Assembly: GCF_009914755.1 (NCBI RefSeq)
Contig: NC_060928.1
Length of the DNA stretch: 64,000 bases
Reading direction: 5' to 3' (one strand)
Source of the DNA: the human T2T-CHM13v2.0 reference genome, Homo sapiens
The translations under genes and the position numbers were made by a program. Shown here piece after piece: positions 11,593-26,065 of this stretch; within the stretch, counting starts at the first letter, position 1; each line of letters begins with the position of its first letter. Below the pieces are notes generated by a model that searched no databases, had not been told where the DNA came from, and was given only the letters and a program-made list of their open reading frames with translations.

Positions 11593-12929
11593 TACCCCTT
11601 CCTGAGCAGCTGGGATCTGGGGTGGCAGCCTGTAGCATGGGCTTCAAATTCAAGGGAGCAGGTCTGAGTTCTGGCCCTGCTACACAGGGGCAAGACCAAC
11701 ATGTTGGATGCAGTTATCAGTCTTGCCTTCCTGAATCTGATGGAGATGTCAGTGTGGGTCACCATGAAAGAGCTATGTCCAACAGAGTGACAAGTGATAA
11801 GCTCATCAGGATCAGTACCAGAAAGAAACAGCTTACAATAGTCAGGTGAGAAGGTTGAAGCAGAAAAATCTGATAGTCATTCCAGAGTGCATGCGACATG
11901 GTAACTTTGTAGATAGCTAGACATCTCTGTTCCATCCCCTACTCTATTTGACAAAAAAAAATCTGCAGGGAATAGGCTAATAATTTGGCCTCTAAAGGAA
12001 GTGTAACTTAGTACTCAAGTTAGGACTCCCAATGGATTACCCTGTGTAAGGCCCTAAGTTCAGTAACTTCACAGGCTGGCAGGGAAAGCATCATCCAAAA
12101 AAAAAAAAAAAAAAACTATTGGTCATTTAGCTCAGAAGCTCCATAAACTGAGATTTCTTTCTGGCCAGCCCTGAGCAGGATATTTGGCCTCATGGATCTG
12201 GGGTCTCCTCTCCACTCTAGAAACCAACTCTGTTAGTGCTAGATGAGCCATGTCCCCCAACTGGAGACTGAATCTTTGACCTTTAAATAAGGCTCTAAGT
12301 TCCTGTTAGGCAAAGTACCAAGAGAGAGAGTTACTCTAGTCTTATCAACCGAGAAAAAAATTTTGCCTGTTACTCAAGGGATGCAAAGCCTTCCTAGCAG
12401 GCCACTTTGTTGGAAATTTTCACGAGAGGCTTTCTAGAGCGAGAGCTGTGGGATGTAGTGGGCAATATCTTCCGCGTTCCTAGAACAAAGAATAATGGAT
12501 TTCATTAGCCTGTTTTTTCATAGCATCCCTTGATGAAAGCTGAAGGCATAACCCCAAGATATAGCCCAGCAAACGTGATCATGTGTGAGGCCAAGAAAAC
12601 TTTGTCCTAGTACATGAGGGTCCCATTCAACCTGAGGGTGCAATGTGGAATAACAAGAGTTGGATGTGCTGCCTGACCTCCAATCAATTTTTCATAAACA
12701 TCACTCCTCTCAATTAGTCTTTTGGAAAGAGGCAGCAGATGATTTGAAATGAATTTCTAGGAAGGGTGTATAAAAGAATTGTTTGTTCAGAGTTGATCCA
12801 ATCCCTGAAAAAATAAGGATGAAGTCAAGTTATATCCAATATCCAGCAGCTTAACCAAGACCTCTGATTTATGTGAGTCTCCATCCCTCTTTTGTTTGGA
12901 GTAGACTTGGTCCACATAGGCAAAGCTAG

Positions 12930-12963
12930 AAGTTTTAATATTGCAAGTTTTAATATTGCAAGT
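12930..12963 (+). repeat. 15-bp tandem duplication (aagttttaatattgc)x2.3
   Basis: Directly visible. Confidence 0.9.
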
Positions 12964-12984
12964 CAACTAAATATTTAAGCTATG

Positions 12985-13301
12985 GAAATTTATTTTCTCA
13001 CAGTTCTGGAGGCTGAACATCTGAGGTCAAGGTGCCAGCATAGTTAGTTTCTGGTGAGGCCTCTCACTGCTGTGTAGATTGCCACTGCCTTAAGGCCGAT
13101 CCTCTGTGCATGAGCAGAGAGAGCTCTCTAGTGTCTCTTCCCTCTCTTATTGAGGACATCAGCCCTATTGGATTAGGGCCTCACTCTTAAGACCTCACTT
13201 AATGTTAATTGCTTTCCTAAAGGCCCCATCTTTAAATATCACCATATCGGAGGTTAGGGATTCAATATATGTAAGGGGAGTGGTGCACAATGAGTCTATA
13301 A
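12985..13301 (-). mobile_element. MLT1A0-like MaLR LTR (partial)
   Basis: aaatttattttctcacagttctggaggctg...ggattagggcc...aaaggccccatc; reverse-complement homolog of 24128-24482. Confidence 0.85.
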
Positions 13302-13653
13302 TCTTTTTGTCCACATCTAGAAATCTACCTCTGGCAATTTCATTGAAATTGTAAAGGCCTAGCCTTGGTTTTAGGGACTATACCTGTCCTCTGGTACCTT
13401 AGTATTTTGGGCCAGGGGAAATCCCCTTAGCAATCCTGAGGGAATTCTTTTATATATTTATTTATTATACTTTTAAGTTCTAGGTTACATGTGCACAACA
13501 TGCAGACTTGTTACATAGGTATACATGTGCCATGCTGGCCTGCTGCACCCATCAACCCGTCATTTACATTAGATATTTCCTCACCCTGCCCCCATGCCAT
13601 GACAGGCCCCAGTGTATGATGTTCCCCACCCTGTGTCCAAGGGTTCTTATTGT

Positions 13654-17477
<3,824 letters not shown>

Positions 17478-17540
17478 TATGATGTTTGCTGGTTATTTTG
17501 CCCATTAGTTGATGCAGTTTCTTCCTAGCATCAATGGTCT

Positions 17541-18561
17541 TTACAATTTGGCATGTTTTTGCAGTGGCTGGTACCAGTTTTTCCTTTCCATGTTTAGTGC
17601 TTCCTTCAGGAGCTCTTGTAAGGCAAGACTGGTGGTGACAAAATCTCTCAGCATTTGCTTGTCTGTAAAGGATTTTATTTCTCCTGTACTTATGAAGCTT
17701 ACTTTGCTGGATATGAAATTTTGGGTTGAAAATTCTTTTCTTTAAGAATGTTGAATATTGGCCCCCACTCTCTTCTGGCTTGTAGAGTTTCTGCCGAGAG
17801 AGCCGCTGTTAGTCATATGGGCTTCCCTTTGTGGATAACCCTTTCTCTCTGGCTGCCCTTAACATTTTTTCCTTCATTTCAAACTTCGTGAATCTGACAA
17901 TTATGTTTCTTGGGGTTGCTCTTCTGGAGGAGTATCTCCGTGGTGTTCTCTATATTTCCTGAATTTGAATGTTGGCCTGCCTTGCTTGGTTGGGGAAGTT
18001 CTCCTGGATAATATCCTGAAGAGTGTTTTCCATCTTGGTTCCATTCTCCCTGTCACTTTCAGGTACACCAATCAGACGTAGATTTGGTCTTTTCACATAG
18101 TCCCATATTTCTTGTAGGCTTTGTTCATTTATTTTTACTCTTTTTTCTCTAAACTTCTCTTCTAACTTTATTTCATTAATTTGATCTTCAATCACTAATA
18201 CCCTTACTTCCACTTCATCGAATTGGCTATTGAAGCTTGTGCATGTGTCATGTAGTTTGCGTGCCATGGTTTTAAGCTCCATCAGGTCATTTAAGGTCTT
18301 TTCTACACTGTTTACTGTAGTTAGCAATTCATGTAATCTTTTTTCAAGGTTTTTAGCTTCCTTGCCATGGGTTCGAACATCCTCGTTTAGCTCAGAGAAG
18401 TTTGTTATTACCAACCTTCTGAGGCCTACTTCTGTCAGCTCATCAAAGTCATTCTCTGTCCAGCTTTGTTCCATTGCTGGTGAGGAGGAGTGATCCTTTG
18501 GAGGAGAAGAGGCACTCTGGTTTTTAGAATTTTCAGCTTTTCTGCTCTGGTTTCTCCCCAT
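17541..18561 (-). pseudogene. L1 ORF1p, premature stop after 203 aa
   Basis: ORF 17950-18561 MGRNQSRKAENSKNQSASSPPKD...QEIWDYVKRPNLRLIGVPE; native end catgccaaattgtaa at ~17541. Confidence 0.92.
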
Positions 18562-19145
18562 CTTTGTGGTTTTATCTTCCTTTGGTCTTTGATGTTGGTG
18601 ACCTACAGAAGGGGTTTTGATGTGGATGTCTTTTTTGTTGATGTTGATGCTATTTCTTTCTGTTTGTTAGTTTTCCTTCTAACAGTCAGGTCCCTCAGCT
18701 GCAGGTCTGTTGGAGTTTGCTGGAGGTCCACTCCAGACCCTGTTTGCCTGGGTATCACCAGCAGAGGCTGCAGAACAGCAAATATTGCTGCCTGGTCCTT
18801 TCTCTGGAAGCTTTGTCCCAGAGGGGCACCCATCTGTATGAGGTGTCAGAAGGCCCCTACTAGGAAGTGTCTCCCAGTTAGGCTACATGGGGGTCAGGGA
18901 CCCACTTAAGGAGGCAGTCTGTCCGTTTTCAGAGCTCAAACACCTTGTTGGGAGAACCACTGTTCTCTTCAGAGCTGTCAGACAGGGACATTTAATTCTG
19001 CAGAAGTTTCTACTGCCTTTTGTTCAGCTATGCCCTGCCCCTAGAGGTGGAATCTACAGAGGCAACTGGCCTTTCTGAGCTGTAGTGGGCTCCGCCCAGT
19101 TCAAGCTTCCCTGGCCTGCTTTGTTTACCTACTCAAGGCTCAGCA

Positions 19146-19478
19146 ATGGCAGATGCCCCTCCCCCCACCAGGCTGCTGCAATGCAGGTTGATCTCAGACT
19201 GCTGCACTAGCAGTGAGCAAGGGTCCGTTAGTGTGGGACCTGCCAAGCCAGGCATGGGATATAATCTCCTGGTGTGCCATTTGCTAAGACCATTGGAAAA
19301 GTGCAGTATTTGGGTGGGAGTGTCCCAATTTTCCAGGTACTGTCTGTCACAGCTTCCCTTGGCTAGGAAAGGGAAATCCCCCAACCCCTTGTGCTTCCTG
19401 AGTGAGACGATGCCCCGCCCTGTTTTGGCTCACCCTCTGTGGGCTGCATCCACTTTCCAACCAGTCCCAATGAGGTGA
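19146..19478 (+). CDS. ORF0: L1 antisense ORF0 homolog, open 110-codon frame
   Basis: MADAPPPTRLLQCRLISDCCTSSEQGSVSVGPAKPGMGYNLLV aligns with L1HS ORF0 (MAGAPPPASLPPCSLISDCCAS...); gcaATGG Kozak context; expression unknown. Confidence 0.65.
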   Translation: MADAPPPTRLLQCRLISDCCTSSEQGSVSVGPAKPGMGYNLLVCHLLRPLEKCSIWVGVSQFSRYCLSQLPLARKGKSPNPLCFLSETMPRPVLAHPLWAASTFQPVPMR

Positions 19479-19602
19479 ACCAGGTACCTCAGTTGGAAAT
19501 GCAGAAATCCCATCTTCTGCATCAATCACGCTGGGAGCTGCGGACCGGAGCTCTTCCTATTCAGCCATCTTGGAATGGAATCCCTCGCCTAAGGAAATTC
19601 TT

Positions 19603-21040
19603 AAAGTAGAGTTGGTATTCTACAGATCCTGGCAAATGTTGCTGGCAAGAGCCAGCTCCATTCATGAGCCATTAAGGTCTGGGAATGAAGAATAGGAGAG
19701 GATAACATCTAAAGGGTCAGCTGGCTTAGAACTTAGACTAGAATGGATAGTTAGCATGTTTGGTCTCTGCTGCTTAGCCTTGGTAGAAACATTGAATATG
19801 TCATTTGGGAAGGGAGGCTTTATGTATGCTGGAGTTCATCGACCAAATGGATTAGCAACTCAACAGAAGACTGTTTTTTACTCATGCAGTCATCCACTAG
19901 AAATTGAATTCCAAAGCTACTGTGTAGAAACCCAAGTTAATCCTGGTTACCAGGAGAGACTGTTGCTTAGAAGCCCAGTGAAGACAAGCACCCAAAATTA
20001 AGGCAGTACTTTTTAAATATCCCTTTCAGGTGATTTATTTGACCAGCTATGCTGAAGACAAAATGAGATCTAGGATTCCAGAGCTGATTTTCCTTTATGA
20101 GGGAGGTGTTTGGATTCTGAGGGAGGTGTGTTCTTTAGATGGGCCAACAGGACAATACTATCAGCTAATTCTCTAAATTCTTCTGTGCCTTATGAGCTGT
20201 GGGTAGTCATGAACATCTCTCTAATCCTAGCTGGCAGAGTGGATGGGGACAGCACATAATTAAAACCAAGGTCAAGCTGTGGGGCCAGACCCACTGGGCC
20301 CAAGTTCAGTGCTTTGGCCAGGAGATGGCAGCGTGTAATCATACAGTAGAACCCTGAGCTTTGCGGCAGCTTGGCTTGGATGGAGCCATACTGGGAAGCT
20401 TCTGGGAGGGCTTTCTGGGGAGACACAACAGCAGTGACTAAAGAAGTAGTAGAAGGACATCTGGGTTCTACAGATGTTGGTAAACATAGTTATTGAGAGG
20501 ATAATGGCCAGGCTCAGCTAACTGGCATGATCAGAGACTGATGAGCAGAAATGAATTAGATGGGGAGGAGATGCTGAAAGGTAAAAGAGCAATGACAATC
20601 CAGAGGAGAAGCAAGACTTTGACCAACAGGTGCAGGTCTTAGAAGAGAACTAACCTCAAGGAGACCAGAGGAAAGACAAGTTCTGTCAGTGAGGAAATTG
20701 TAGAGATTGCCTTTCAGAACACCAGCAGTTATGGCTCTGTTGACCTTCACTACACAATTTATGCTCCAAAAACATGCTGAGATAACAAAGCTGGAAGCAG
20801 GTGAGCAATACACAGATGACCCCGACTTGCTTGAGTCTCTGCTTTCTGGTTAAGGCATCTGACCTCTTTAGCTGCCTTGGGAGAGGTGTTCCTGACAGTG
20901 GTAAATAGCTCCATGATCCACTGGATGGGTCCCACTTTGGACCCTGCTATCTCGCCAAAAGTATGATGATCCATGGCTTATATGAACTGCTTTGGGGTCC
21001 ACTAGAATGGAAATGGGAGGAAGGGCTTTTATGAGATAAG
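19603..21040 (-). mobile_element. Upstream (gag/zinc-knuckle/protease) part of the Gypsy fossil
   Basis: Minus strand: AAKEVRCLNQ (gag-like, ORF 20759-20974), GFYCMITRCHLLAK (decayed CCHC knuckle) then QLDLGFNYV (D-S/T-G-like) in ORF 20190-20426, ALILGACLHWASKQ (~20000, protease ILG..W motif). Confidence 0.5.
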
Positions 21041-21044
21041 ATAC

Positions 21045-22455
21045 TGAGAGGTGACAGCATGCTGGCAGCCCTCACAGCCCTTGCTTGGTCTCAGCACCTC
21101 CTCGGCCTTGGCGCCCACTCTGGCCATGCTTGAGGAGCCCTTCAGCCCACCACTGCACTGTGGGAGCCCCTTTCTGGGCTGGCCAAGGCCAGAGCCAGCT
21201 CCCTCAGCTTGCTGAGAGGTCTGGAGGGAGAGGTGCCGATGGGAACCAGGGCTGCACACGGTGCTTGCGGGCCAGCGCAAGTTCCAGGAGGGTGTGGGCT
21301 CGGCAGGCCCCACACTTGGAGTGGCTGGCCAGCCCACAAGCCCCTGGCAGTGAGGGGCTTAGCACCTGGGCCAGCAGCTGCTGTGCTCGATTTCTCACTG
21401 GGCCTTAGCTGTCTCCTCGCAGGGCAGGGCTTGGGACCTGCAGCCCACCATGCCTGAGCCTCCCCCTGCCCTGCTGTGGGCTCCTGTGCAGCCGGAGCCT
21501 CCCCGAGGAGTGCGGCTCCCTGCTCCATGGTGCCCAGTCCCCTGGACCGCCCAAGAGCTGAGGAGTGCAGGCAGATGGCATGGGACTGGCAGGCAGCTCC
21601 ACCTGTGGCCCCGGGCAGGATCCACTGGGTGAAGCCAGCTGGGCTCCTGAGTCTGGTGGGGACTTGGAGAACCTTTATGTCTAGCTAAGGATTGTAAATA
21701 CACCAATCAGCACTCTGTATCTAGCTCAAGGTTTGTAAACACACCAATCAGCACCCTGTGTCTAGCTCAGGGTTTGTGAATGCACCAATTGGCACTCTGT
21801 ATCTAGTTAATCTGGTGGGGACTTGGAGAACCTTTATGTCTAGCTAAGGGATTGTGAATGCACCAATCAGCACTCTGTATCTAGCTCAAGGTTTGTAAAT
21901 GCACCAATCAGCACTCTGTGTCTAGCTCAGGGTTTGTAAATACGCCAATCGACACTCTGTATCTAGCTAATCTAGTGGGGACGTGGAGAACTTTTGTGTC
22001 TAGCTCAGGGATTGTAAACGCACCAATCAGCACCCTGTCAAAATGGACCAATCAGCTCTCTGTAAAACAGACCAATTGGCTCTCTGTAAAATGGACCAAT
22101 CAGCAGGATGTGGGTGGGGCCAGATAAGAGAATAAAAGTAGGCTGCCTGAGCCAGCAGTGGCAACCCCCTCGGGTCCCCTTCCACACTGTGGGAGCTTTG
22201 TTCTTTCACTTTTTGCAATAAATCTTGCTGCTACTCACTCTTTGGATTCAACACTCACTGCGAAGGTCTGCAGCTTCACTCCTGGAGCCAGTGAGACCAC
22301 GAACCCACTAGAAGGAAGAAACTCCAAACACATCTGAACATCAGAGGGAACAAACTCCGGACACGCCGCCTTTAAGAACTGTAACACTCACCACGAGGGT
22401 CTGCAGCTTCATTCTTGAAGTCAGTGAAACCAAGAACCCACCAATTCTGGACACA
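21045..22455 (+). mobile_element. Complete LTR12 (ERV9; LTR12C/D-like) solo LTR
   Basis: tgagaggtgacagcatgctggcag...ccaattctggacaca; exact 4-bp TSD ATAC (21041-21044 / 22456-22459). Confidence 0.96.
21680..22140 (+). promoter_or_regulatory. LTR12 U3 enhancer/promoter: tandem repeats with ~10 CCAAT (NF-Y) boxes, then GATA and AATAAA TATA-like element
   Basis: Repeated tctagct..ggtttgtaaa..caccaatcagcac; gggtggggccagataagagaataaaag near 22110-22138. Confidence 0.75.
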
Positions 22456-23372
22456 ATACTATGTGACACAGAAGGAAAACCCGAGTCTGCATTTCCATAG
22501 CAACTTTGGTACTATTAATGGCACACACACAGTGAACTTTGGTGATTTGCATAGAAGTGAAAACATCTAAGAAAATGACTTACTAGATAAGTGGTTTATA
22601 CTTATTAATAGGTTTTTCTATAATTGCATTTGATAATCAATACCTAATAGGACATGTATCATTGCTGAGCTTCCCTAGAGCATACAAGTAAATTACTTGC
22701 CCAAGGTAACTCAGATCTGAGAGTTGGACCAGCTCTGGATTCTAGGAGTACTGATTTAGTCTAGTGAACTTTGTTCAGACACCACCACACAATCAAGTTT
22801 ATGTAAGCAGAAATTACAACTGCATACTCTTTCAGGTCCTGTAGGCTCACACATTAAGCTATAGGAGTTTTAAAAATAAGTAAATCCTTTCTGGAAGACT
22901 CCTTTGTAAGAAGGTACCTGATGGTGATAAGGGCACCAAGGTGAACCAACCTGCCCTGTCACATCCATTCAGAACCTCGTACAGGGTGATGGGACTGAAG
23001 AAGGTGGCACTCCATCTCCCCTACTAGCTTGGTTGTTCTGTGTCAAGACCCTTCCAGACACCCAACTGCAGAACATGAATCATTTTTTGTCTATCCAAAA
23101 TATTGCACTGTCTATTGTGGGCACTGATTTCTCCTAATGTCAAGGTTCAAGGCTAATGTTGGCCTTCTTAGATATCTTTGCTTCCGAGTCAGATGGATAG
23201 CAGGAAAACGGAAAAACGTCTAGGAGAGAAGCCAGCACTAAGGAGGGAACCAGATCGTGAGACAAAAGAATTGGAATCCAAGGCCATGAATAACTTTTCA
23301 GTTGTCATGGGATTAGTGGCTAACGAGGTCTTTGGGGGCATCCCAGTGGTAACCATGAAAAGTCCTATATAT

Positions 23373-23492
23373 AGACGGGGTGTAGTGGCTCACATCTGTA
23401 ATTCCAGCTCTGTGGGAGGATTGCTTGAGCCCAGGAGTTCGAGACCAGCCTGGGCAACCTAGTGAGACCTTGTCTCTTAAAAAAAATAAATA
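23373..23492 (+). mobile_element. FLAM-type Alu monomer
   Basis: Monomer with A tail; degenerate TSD aaaagtcctatatat / gaaagccctatgtat. Confidence 0.85.
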
Positions 23493-23779
23493 AGAAAGCC
23501 CTATGTATTCAATGGTGTCTAATGTTTTGCTTTCATAATACCATGTTCTCAGTTATCCCTTGACTCGCTAAACTATTGAACTTCCTCTGAATTTCTTAAG
23601 CTGTTGGAGCAGCTCATATCCAGATCAATGTGTTATCCCTTATGTGCACCATTGACCATAGTGTTTTATTTAAAGGCAATGGCTTTAACCCAAAGGAATG
23701 ACATATTTTGAATACTTAGAGTTTAGGTCAAATTGACCCATTGTATGACCACATTGTATCCCCTCAGCCACCTGTGGCT

Positions 23780-24500
23780 TCAGCCAGGCCCGTAGTAGAC
23801 ATGTAGACATTTACCTCCCACTTCATCCTTGCAGTGTGCTCCCCAGGCTCACACTGGCTTTTCTGATGGGCTTGACTTTTACCAATCCATGCTCTTTTCT
23901 ATGTGCAGCCTGGAAGAGCTGAGGAGTTACTATTTGTGAAAAGTCTGAGAAGCATACAGACCCCTCCTCAAGAGTGAAAAGCTGGAGTGCAGATTTCAAT
24001 AATGTGCCTTACATTGACTCTTTCTCCTTCCCTGTTTCACTTCTTTTTCACTCCTGGTTCCTGGGCACAGGCAGTTTATGTAGGAGGCAATCCCAAATTC
24101 TTATCTTAGTCTCTGCTTTTAGGAGGCTGCTATGATCTGAATGTTTGTGTTTCTCCAGAATTTATGTTGAAATCCTAATCCTGAAGGTGATGATATAAGG
24201 AGGTGGGGCCTTTAGGAGATGATTAGGTCATGAAAGCAGAGCCCTCACGAATCGGATTAGTGCCCTTATGAAAGAAGCCCGAGGAAGCTCAGGCACCGCT
24301 TCCAACATGTGAGAACATGGTGAAAAGACAGCTATGCACCAGGACACAAGCCTTCACCAGACTCTGAGCCTATCAGCACTTTGATCTTAGACTTCCAGCC
24401 TCCAAAACTTAGACATAAATTTCTGTTGTCTGTAAACCACCCAGTTTATGGTATTTTGTTGCAGCCTAAACAGACTAAGATAGGGACCCAAACTAAGACA
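23780..24500 (+). mobile_element. ERVL LTR (LTR33/LTR16-like) split by MLT1A0
   Basis: LTR 3' end ...tcttagtctctgcttttagg | MLT1A0 | gggacccaaactaagaca. Confidence 0.55.
24128..24482 (+). mobile_element. MLT1A0 MaLR solo LTR
   Basis: tgctatgatctgaatgtttgtg...ttgatcttagacttccagcctcc...cagactaagata. Confidence 0.88.
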
Positions 24501-24971
24501 CAGGCCCTAGGTTCAGGAGGTTTGAGTTACACAGAAAAAACTCCTATAATTCCAAAAAGTGAGTGAGAGAAAAGTACATAATCTACAAAGCCATAGCAAA
24601 GCAGTGTTCAGTTGATGTGGAAAGAGAAGACCAGAGATGAAGATAATTGTTGACTTCAGGAACTTACATCCAGTGTTTTAAGTTTCCTCCACTAGTGAAG
24701 GAATAAGAAAATCAATCTCTAACATACCTTGCATTCTTTCTATTTGGGCCTTGTCATGATTCCTCCATTGATGGGGCTTTTTTCTAATCTTTGCGATCTT
24801 GTAGGAGACAATCCTGGTGCCTATGCTGTCGTTGCTGCTGTGTGCAACTGCACTTTTCTCATTCTTTTAAAGAGTGGCTTTTGCCTTGGTTGTAAGGAAC
24901 ATATAAGCTGATCTAGAGTTTGTCGGAACTCAGCTCTGATTCAGAGCCTGAGGGAGATTGCCTTAAGAAAC

Positions 24972-25490
24972 TGGCACCCTGAGGCAACCATGGAGATACC
25001 TTGCTCAGATTCCCTTTCAAGAAAGGGCTTGCAGTGGAGCTATGAGGAGAGCTGTTGACGGACCTTCTCTCTGTGGTGCCCTGGGCAGCTCCCAGCCAGT
25101 GAGGTAGTATGGTTGGGATGCTAGGGCCTGCCTGGCCATTTTGACCAAGTAGGAACTCCTCTGGTGGGTAATCTTTGCTCCAGAGCTTTCTGAGGTTCAC
25201 CAAGATACTATCAGGTATGTAGCATGGTCCAAAAGCTTTCCAAGCCACCCCATCCTGCTTTCTCCCCCTTTATTTTTTATAGATGTTATCCCCTAACAAG
25301 TCTCTTACACTACTAATTTCATCTCAGCATCTGTTTCCTGGAGTACCTGAACAGACATAACTGGTCCTAAGAGTGGTATGAGAAAGCAAGATAGGGTTTA
25401 GGGACTGAATTGCTTACTTCCAACCTGGCAATGAAGACCCTATCCTGGTTGTTACGTGATACACAGTAATCTGGGGGTAGGGGCTGTGCA
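24972..25490 (+). mobile_element. LTR16-family 5' LTR plus start of ERVL (ERV3-16A3-like) internal region
   Basis: ccatggagataccttgctcagattccctttcaag...catctcagcatctgtttcctggag, followed by actggtcctaagagtggtatgagaaagcaag leader. Confidence 0.65.
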
Positions 25491-25494
25491 GATG

Positions 25495-25570
25495 GGGATG
25501 GGTTAATAAACTGCAGCCTGAGGAACAGATCTCACCTGCCACCTGTTTTGTTTTAAAGTTTGTGTTAGAA
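25495..25570 (+). mobile_element. MER58A left part
   Basis: aaactgcagcctgaggaacagatctcacctgccacctgttttg...aaagtttgtgttagaa; continues at 34021. Confidence 0.6.
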
Positions 25571-25595
25571 AGGCTTTATTTTCCCTTTAGCTTTT

Positions 25596-25889
<294 letters not shown>

Positions 25890-25899
25890 TAGCTTTTTA

Positions 25900-26065
25900 G
25901 ATGTCTTTATTTTTTAGTAACTTTAAGTTTTCATTTAAATTTAGGAGAAATTCCCTCATTCACCTCTCCTTCCTCAAGATTCCCCTATTGTTAACATCTT
26001 GGCTTACTATGGTACACTTGTTGCAATTGATGAGCTAATATTGGTAAAATGTTAATAAAAGTTCA
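25900..26065 (-). mobile_element. Old L1M (L1MB/MC-like) fragment, continues at 33775-34000
   Basis: ttcccctattgttaacatcttgg...ttgttgcaattgatgagctaata then, after the L1, aagtccatagttt...ctttgacaaatgtata. Confidence 0.65.

Larger units (their letters stand above)
10945..13434 (-). mobile_element. Ty3/Gypsy retrotransposon pol fossil (RT, RNase H, probable integrase zinc domain), interrupted by MST and MLT1A0
   Basis: Minus-strand translations in the expected order: KSEVLVKLLDIGYNL (~12870), SSAASFQ (~12740), LRLNGTLMY*DKVFL..ITF/LGYILG (~12635-12550), HYIPQLS (~12460), PNRNLEPYLKVKDSVSSWGTWLI (12310-12240), ELRALHRVIHWES*LE (~12060-12015). Confidence 0.65.

Noticed and set aside
21029-21706. 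Cluster of overlapping GC-rich ORFs / CpG-island-like region
   Set aside because: Entirely within LTR12 U3; the ORFs result from high GC content and many CpGs have decayed
21680-22100. Regularly spaced repeats superficially like a CRISPR array
   Set aside because: Tandem LTR12 enhancer repeats without unique spacers, in a eukaryotic context with no cas genes
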